Assembly: GCA_963675515.1 (NCBI GenBank)
Contig: OY776328.1
Coordinates: 1,920,001 to 1,952,000 of the forward strand
DNA length: 32,000 bases
Reading direction: 5' to 3'
From: Coprobacillaceae bacterium
Lineage (GTDB): Bacteria > Bacillota_I > Bacilli_A > Erysipelotrichales > Coprobacillaceae
In this document: positions 27,944-32,000 of the stretch, piece after piece
Layout: each line of letters begins with the position of its first letter
How positions within the stretch are numbered: position 1 is the first letter of the stretch
Translations under genes and position numbers: made by a program
The notes under the pieces: model-generated
The model's database searches: none
The model's input: the letters and a program-made list of their open reading frames with translations, nothing else
Told to the model about the DNA's origin: nothing

Positions 27944-28702
27944 TTAACGGCCTCCAGTGGCAATCATCTTGAGGGTATCCGAGATTTTTTGGTACATCTG
28001 ATTGTTTGAAAGATCACTTTTGTAAAGCTGATGATAGATTTCCCCGTCCTTGATAAACAGGACCCGGCTGGCATAGCTGGCTGCCTTAGTTGAGTGGGTA
28101 ACCATCAAAATCGTCTGCTTGGATTTATGGATTTCATCAAAGATTTCCAAGAGATTATCGGTTGATCTGGAATCCAGGGCTCCGGTCGGCTCATCAGCCA
28201 GAACGATCTTGGGATTGGTGATCAAAGCCCGGGCTACAGCCACCCGCTGTTTTTGACCGCCGGAAATCTCATAAGGATATTTTTCCAGCAAGTCTTCAAT
28301 CCCCAGTTTGGGTGCCAAAGCGGATAACTTTTCCTTCATTGAAGGATATTTTTCCTTGGACAGGACTAATGGCAGATAAATATTGTCTTCCACTGACAAA
28401 GTATCCAGGAGATTGAAATCCTGGAAGACAAAGCCCAGGTTCTTTCTTCGAAACGATGATATTTCCTTGTCCTTGATTTTGGTGATATCTTCTCCTTCAA
28501 GTAAGACTTCCCCGCTGGTTGGCTTGTCAAGTGAAGCCAGGATATTAAGCAAGGTGGTTTTCCCACTGCCGGATTCGCCCATGATGGCGACATATTCACC
28601 GGCTTCAATTTCAAAGTTGACGTTTTTCAAAGCCTCTACTTTCTGTTTTGAAAAACGGGTTGTATATATCTTCTTTAATTGGTTTACTTTTAATAATGTC
28701 AT
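27944..28702 (-). CDS. BceA-type ABC ATP-binding protein
   Basis: 252 aa with GESGSGKTTLLN, LSGGQKQRVAVARAL, LADEPTGALD and the H-loop VTHS. Confidence 0.9.
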   Translation of the reverse strand: MTLLKVNQLKKIYTTRFSKQKVEALKNVNFEIEAGEYVAIMGESGSGKTTLLNILASLDKPTSGEVLLEGEDITKIKDKEISSFRRKNLGFVFQDFNLLDTLSVEDNIYLPLVLSKEKYPSMKEKLSALAPKLGIEDLLEKYPYEISGGQKQRVAVARALITNPKIVLADEPTGALDSRSTDNLLEIFDEIHKSKQTILMVTHSTKAASYASRVLFIKDGEIYHQLYKSDLSNNQMYQKISDTLKMIATGGR

Positions 28703-28783
28703 AAGTATTACCTTCCCTTCTTTATCAGTTTACTAAAAAAAGGAAATGTCCATCCATCGATGTTCCTTACATTTCCCGTTTCC

Positions 28784-28805
28784 AATCTTACAATTTTGTA
28801 AGATT
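28784..28805. promoter_or_regulatory. Near-perfect 22-bp palindrome, candidate BceR-type response-regulator operator upstream of the transporter genes
   Basis: AATCTTACAATTTTGTAAGATT (TTACAA/TTGTAA half-sites) overlaps the kinase stop codon, about 85 nt upstream of the ATPase ATG. Confidence 0.5.
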
Positions 28806-29778
28806 ACTCGATAAAGATGCTTTTTTTATAGAAATCGATGCATACGGTAGTTCCAACACCGACTACGGAATCAATCGTAATGCCATGATTTAACTTGTCT
28901 AGAATCAATTTGACTAGGTATAATCCGATCCCACTGGCTTTTTTGTCCTGGCGACCCTGAAAACCGGTGAAGCCCCGTTCAAAGACCCGGGGCAAATCTT
29001 CAGCTTGGATTCCAGTCCCGGTATCCTGGATATAGAGTCGGGAATTATCATTATAAATTGAAATCGTTCCCTGCTTAGTATACTTGATGGCATTGGAAAG
29101 AACCTGTTCTATCACAAAGGAACTCCATTTTTCATCAGTCAAGACCTTGGTATCATCAAGATTGTACTCCAGATTGACCTTGCCATGGGCAAAGAAAGTG
29201 ACTTGTTTTTTTAGAACCTCACTGACCAACTTATCCAGTGACACATATTCAAACAAAAAGTCGTTATTGATATCTTCAAGCCGAAGATACTGCAGCACCA
29301 TATTGACATATTGTTCAATCTTCAAAAGTTCCAGCACCATTTCCTGATTATTGCACTGTGACTGCAATAAAAGTTTCAAGGCTGAAATCGGAGTTTTGAT
29401 CTGATGAACCCAGATCGTATAGTAGTCAATCAAGCCCTGATATTTGTTTTGATTGACTTGTTTGGTATCTCTAATCAGATTATTGAGCTGATCAATCAAC
29501 TCCTGATATTCTCTTTCGATAACATCTTTGGGCTTAAGGAATGTATCCAAAGAAACATCGATTGAATTCTTTAAATTGAGGACATTGTGGTACCGGTTTT
29601 TGAAAGCCAAGAAATCAAAAATGCCAAAACCAATTACCAAGGCCAACCAAACCAAAGTCAAATACTCAATCACTGAAGTCTCGAGTTGAACCAGAGAGAA
29701 AACCAACACTTCAAAGATGATGAAGATGGTAAAGACAAGGTATATGAATTTGCGATAGTTAAGATATTTCAACATCAA
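28804..29778 (-). CDS. BceS-type intramembrane-sensing histidine kinase
   Basis: 324 aa with two N-terminal TM helices joined by a minimal loop, the H-box HQIKTPISAL, the N-box SNAIKYT, and the G-boxes DTGTGI and GIGLYLV. Confidence 0.85.
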   Translation of the reverse strand: MMLKYLNYRKFIYLVFTIFIIFEVLVFSLVQLETSVIEYLTLVWLALVIGFGIFDFLAFKNRYHNVLNLKNSIDVSLDTFLKPKDVIEREYQELIDQLNNLIRDTKQVNQNKYQGLIDYYTIWVHQIKTPISALKLLLQSQCNNQEMVLELLKIEQYVNMVLQYLRLEDINNDFLFEYVSLDKLVSEVLKKQVTFFAHGKVNLEYNLDDTKVLTDEKWSSFVIEQVLSNAIKYTKQGTISIYNDNSRLYIQDTGTGIQAEDLPRVFERGFTGFQGRQDKKASGIGLYLVKLILDKLNHGITIDSVVGVGTTVCIDFYKKSIFIE

Positions 29779-30443
29779 ATCAGATACCCCATTCCCTTTT
29801 TGGTCTTGATAAAATCATCCAGCCCGATTGTTTCCAGCTTCTTGCGTAGACGATTGACATTGACGCTTAACGTATTGTCATCGACAAATTGGTGGTCATC
29901 CCAAAGAAAGTTCATGATCTCCTCCCGAGACAAAATCGTTTCGGGCTTTTGAAACAGCAACTCCAATATCTTGACTTCATTCTTGGTTAACTCCAAAGCT
30001 GCATCATTGAAGGAAATAGTGGCATTAGCAACGTCCAAGATGACATCATTGTAGGTAAGCAGATGAAAATCCTTGGCAAAACTGTATGTTCTGCGTAGAA
30101 TTGCCTGGATTTTGGCCGTGATGACATTCAAATCAAAGGGTTTGTTTATAAAATCATCACCGCCCATGTTCATTGCCATCACAATATTCATGTTTTCATT
30201 AGCTGAGGAAATGAAGACAATTGGAATCTGCGAGATATTTCTGATTTCCCGGCACCAGTGGTAGCCGTCAAATGAAGGCAAATATATGTCCAGCAAAACC
30301 AGATCCGGAGCAAAAGCTGAGAAGTCAACTAGGACATTATTAAAATCAGTTATACAATTAACCTGATAACCCCATTTTTCCAGATGATTTTTAAGCGTTG
30401 AAGCAATGACACTGTCATCCTCAACTATCATGATTTTATACAT
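29775..30443 (-). CDS. OmpR-family response regulator (BceR-like)
   Basis: The start MYKIMIVEDD follows an AAGGAGAG RBS. It has a receiver Asp (LLDIYLP) and a winged-helix C-terminus (TLSVNVNRLRKKLE...TKKGMGY). Confidence 0.88.
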   Translation of the reverse strand: MYKIMIVEDDSVIASTLKNHLEKWGYQVNCITDFNNVLVDFSAFAPDLVLLDIYLPSFDGYHWCREIRNISQIPIVFISSANENMNIVMAMNMGGDDFINKPFDLNVITAKIQAILRRTYSFAKDFHLLTYNDVILDVANATISFNDAALELTKNEVKILELLFQKPETILSREEIMNFLWDDHQFVDDNTLSVNVNRLRKKLETIGLDDFIKTKKGMGYLI

Positions 30444-30664
30444 CCCTAACTCTCCTTTGCTTACGTGGAATGGCAACATTATTCCCGACACTTTTATAAA
30501 AAGCGTTTAGAAGTGGTAAAATTTAGCAGAAATAAAGCTAGATTAATCTATTCGAACATTAGTTATAAATTGCTTTAAATGATGAATCCGAATAGTTACC
30601 TCCGGGTCGAATGTAATAAATTCCGATATTGTTCTCATACTCTTATACTATAGAAAAGTACCCA

Positions 30665-31377
30665 TCACAATACGATATTTGCACTCATCAGCTCTGCCTG
30701 CTTTATGACTGTATTAATAGCATTTTTTGCTTGGTCTGGCGGATATTTGTATTTTCTTAGCAAGTGCTTTACCTGAGTTCTCACATAGGCTCTTGCAGAC
30801 TGTTTTTTATCCCAGTCAAGCGTTCTGCTTTTTTGAATCAATGTAGTTAATTCGTGCGCCATTTCGACTAAAATAGCATCCACCATATTTTGTAGGACTT
30901 TTGGGTCTGCAACAAGCGCATCATAAAATGCCAATTCTTCAGGTGACAAACCTTTTTCGTTACCATCAACATAGGCCTCAGTCATTTCTTTTGAAAGAGT
31001 CAAAAGCTCTTCAATAACTTCTGCACTTGTTATCATTCGATTGTTATAGCGTTTCAAAACATTTTGCGTTTTTTCAGAAATAAGTTAGGCATTAACCGCA
31101 CCGGTTCTTGCAAATATTCGGATATTATATTCTTACATGATACGCAATAGTTCTGCTGCAATATTTTTATTTTTCATTTTCCGTACTTGTGCCATATACT
31201 CATCCGAAAGTAGTGAAATCTCCGGATTTTTTTGCCTGAATGTTCAAATACGTTTACCACACCATCCTGTTGAATCGCTTGTTCAAGCATCTTCATAATG
31301 CGAGCATTAATTTCATTGGAAGTGATTTTTCCTTTTCCACAACTTTGCATATTCCAGCCATAACGGATATTATACAA
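30665..31377 (-). pseudogene. hsdR: Remnant of the type I restriction enzyme R subunit (hsdR C-terminal region), 5'-truncated, frameshifted and with in-frame stops
   Basis: Reading the minus strand gives ...VVNVFEHSGKK (frameshift in an A run) NPEISLLSDEYMAQVRKMKNKNIAAELLRIM*EYNIRIFARTGAVNA*LISEKTQNVLKRYNNRMITSAEVIEELL...KYKYPPDQ, the conserved HsdR C-terminal (DUF3387-type) sequence. Confidence 0.75.
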
Positions 31378-31414
31378 GATTCTAACATGTCCTTATCTTC
31401 TTGTCTAATTTAGT

Positions 31415-31700
31415 ATAACTTATCCACTTGTCAATAATCAAGCAGATAAAATAGCACAATTCTCCAACGAAAATTGCATTAACTATTGGCAAAAAAGTTC
31501 GACGCACATGTGCTAATGGTGCCATTTGATAAATTATCTGCTTAATAAGCGGTTTCTTTGTGTTTTCAAACAGGGATCCATTGATCACTAGTCGAAGTAT
31601 ACCTATTTTCAAAAACACAAATTAAATTATATGTATTTCAAATTTTCGATACTATCTCTAAATTTACAGCGTTGCAATTAATCTATTTTCTCAAAGAAAG
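31415..31700 (+). repeat. Junction repeat copy C: only the last 105 bp or so of the module, then the core (31520-31534), then the flank
   Basis: The left part resembles copy A (TATCCACTTGTCAA, CACAATTCTCCAACGA). From 31486 onward it is near-identical to copy B. Confidence 0.88.
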
Positions 31701-32000
31701 CTATTTATTCACATTCAGCCATACCTCTTTAGTAAGTTCGTAACCAAGACAGTGGACTATGTCCCCATCATCGGAATCAATTTTGCGTTTCTCAATTTCA
31801 TCTTTTACATAGATAAATCCAAGCTTGTCCAGGACATTTGCGGAAGCTATATTCTCTTTTTCGAAGCAGGCACAAATTTTGTCAATCGAGGTCTTATCAA
31901 ATAAATAGTTGAATATTGATTTACATGTTTCTTGTATGTAACCTTGATGCTGAAAATTTTTTCCTAAAATATAACCAATTGTAGCATTATTATCACATAT
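31701..32000 (-). CDS. GNAT-family N-acetyltransferase, copy 2 (3' part only; the gene runs off the window)
   Basis: It is near-identical to 24646-24945 with the stop codon at the equivalent position. It is missing from the ORF track because no start codon lies inside the window. Confidence 0.8.
   Translation of the reverse strand: MCDNNATIGYILGKNFQHQGYIQETCKSIFNYLFDKTSIDKICACFEKENIASANVLDKLGFIYVKDEIEKRKIDSDDGDIVHCLGYELTKEVWLNVNK

Noticed and set aside
31382-31618. A 78-aa ORF inside junction copy C, and a 64-aa ORF at 23968-24162 touching junction copy B.
   Set aside because: The reading frames are not preserved in the other junction copies, there is no RBS, and the sequence is AT-rich and hydrophobic by composition. 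The junction module is better treated as non-coding.
1-32000. I looked for CRISPR arrays, rRNA genes, integrase/recombinase genes, toxin-antitoxin pairs and intact restriction-modification or other defence operons.
   Set aside because: There are no short regularly spaced repeats and no rRNA-like sequence. No ORF has tyrosine or serine recombinase motifs. The only defence-related sequence is the decayed hsdR fragment.

Overview
The window looks like a Bacillota-type (possibly Erysipelotrichia-like, low confidence) chromosome and splits into two parts. Part 1 (about 1800-16800) is a GC-richer block of housekeeping genes, all on the minus strand. It holds an ABC-F ATPase, a divergent EF-G paralogue, a complete acetylase-branch diaminopimelate operon (dapF, dapH, N-acetyl-DAP deacetylase, class-III aminotransferase), a C39-peptidase ABC exporter, ybeY, cdd, era, recO, a YgiQ radical-SAM gene and an alpha/beta-hydrolase-like gene. 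A partial IS1634-family transposase lies at the left edge. Part 2 starts at a tRNA-Glu/tRNA-Trp pair (17130-17287) and is clearly AT-richer accessory DNA. It is cut into head-to-tail segments by four direct copies of a sequence that starts in the last 5 nt of tRNA-Trp (TGCCATTTGATAAAT). Three of these copies are preceded by a conserved non-coding module of up to about 330 bp. The segments carry: an ECF sigma / anti-sigma pair with the sigma gene split by a complete IS66 element (8-bp target duplication); a VanZ-family membrane protein; and a GNAT acetyltransferase plus a BceRS-BceAB-type peptide-antibiotic resistance module plus a decayed hsdR fragment. A second GNAT copy then begins 7055 bp after the first. 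No integrase, CRISPR array or rRNA is visible. The most unusual points are the integrase-less cassette array at tRNA-Trp with its conserved junction module, the EF-G paralogue with a degenerate G domain, and the hydrolase that lacks its nucleophile serine. All calls rest on reading the sequence and on remembered family motifs; no database search was run.
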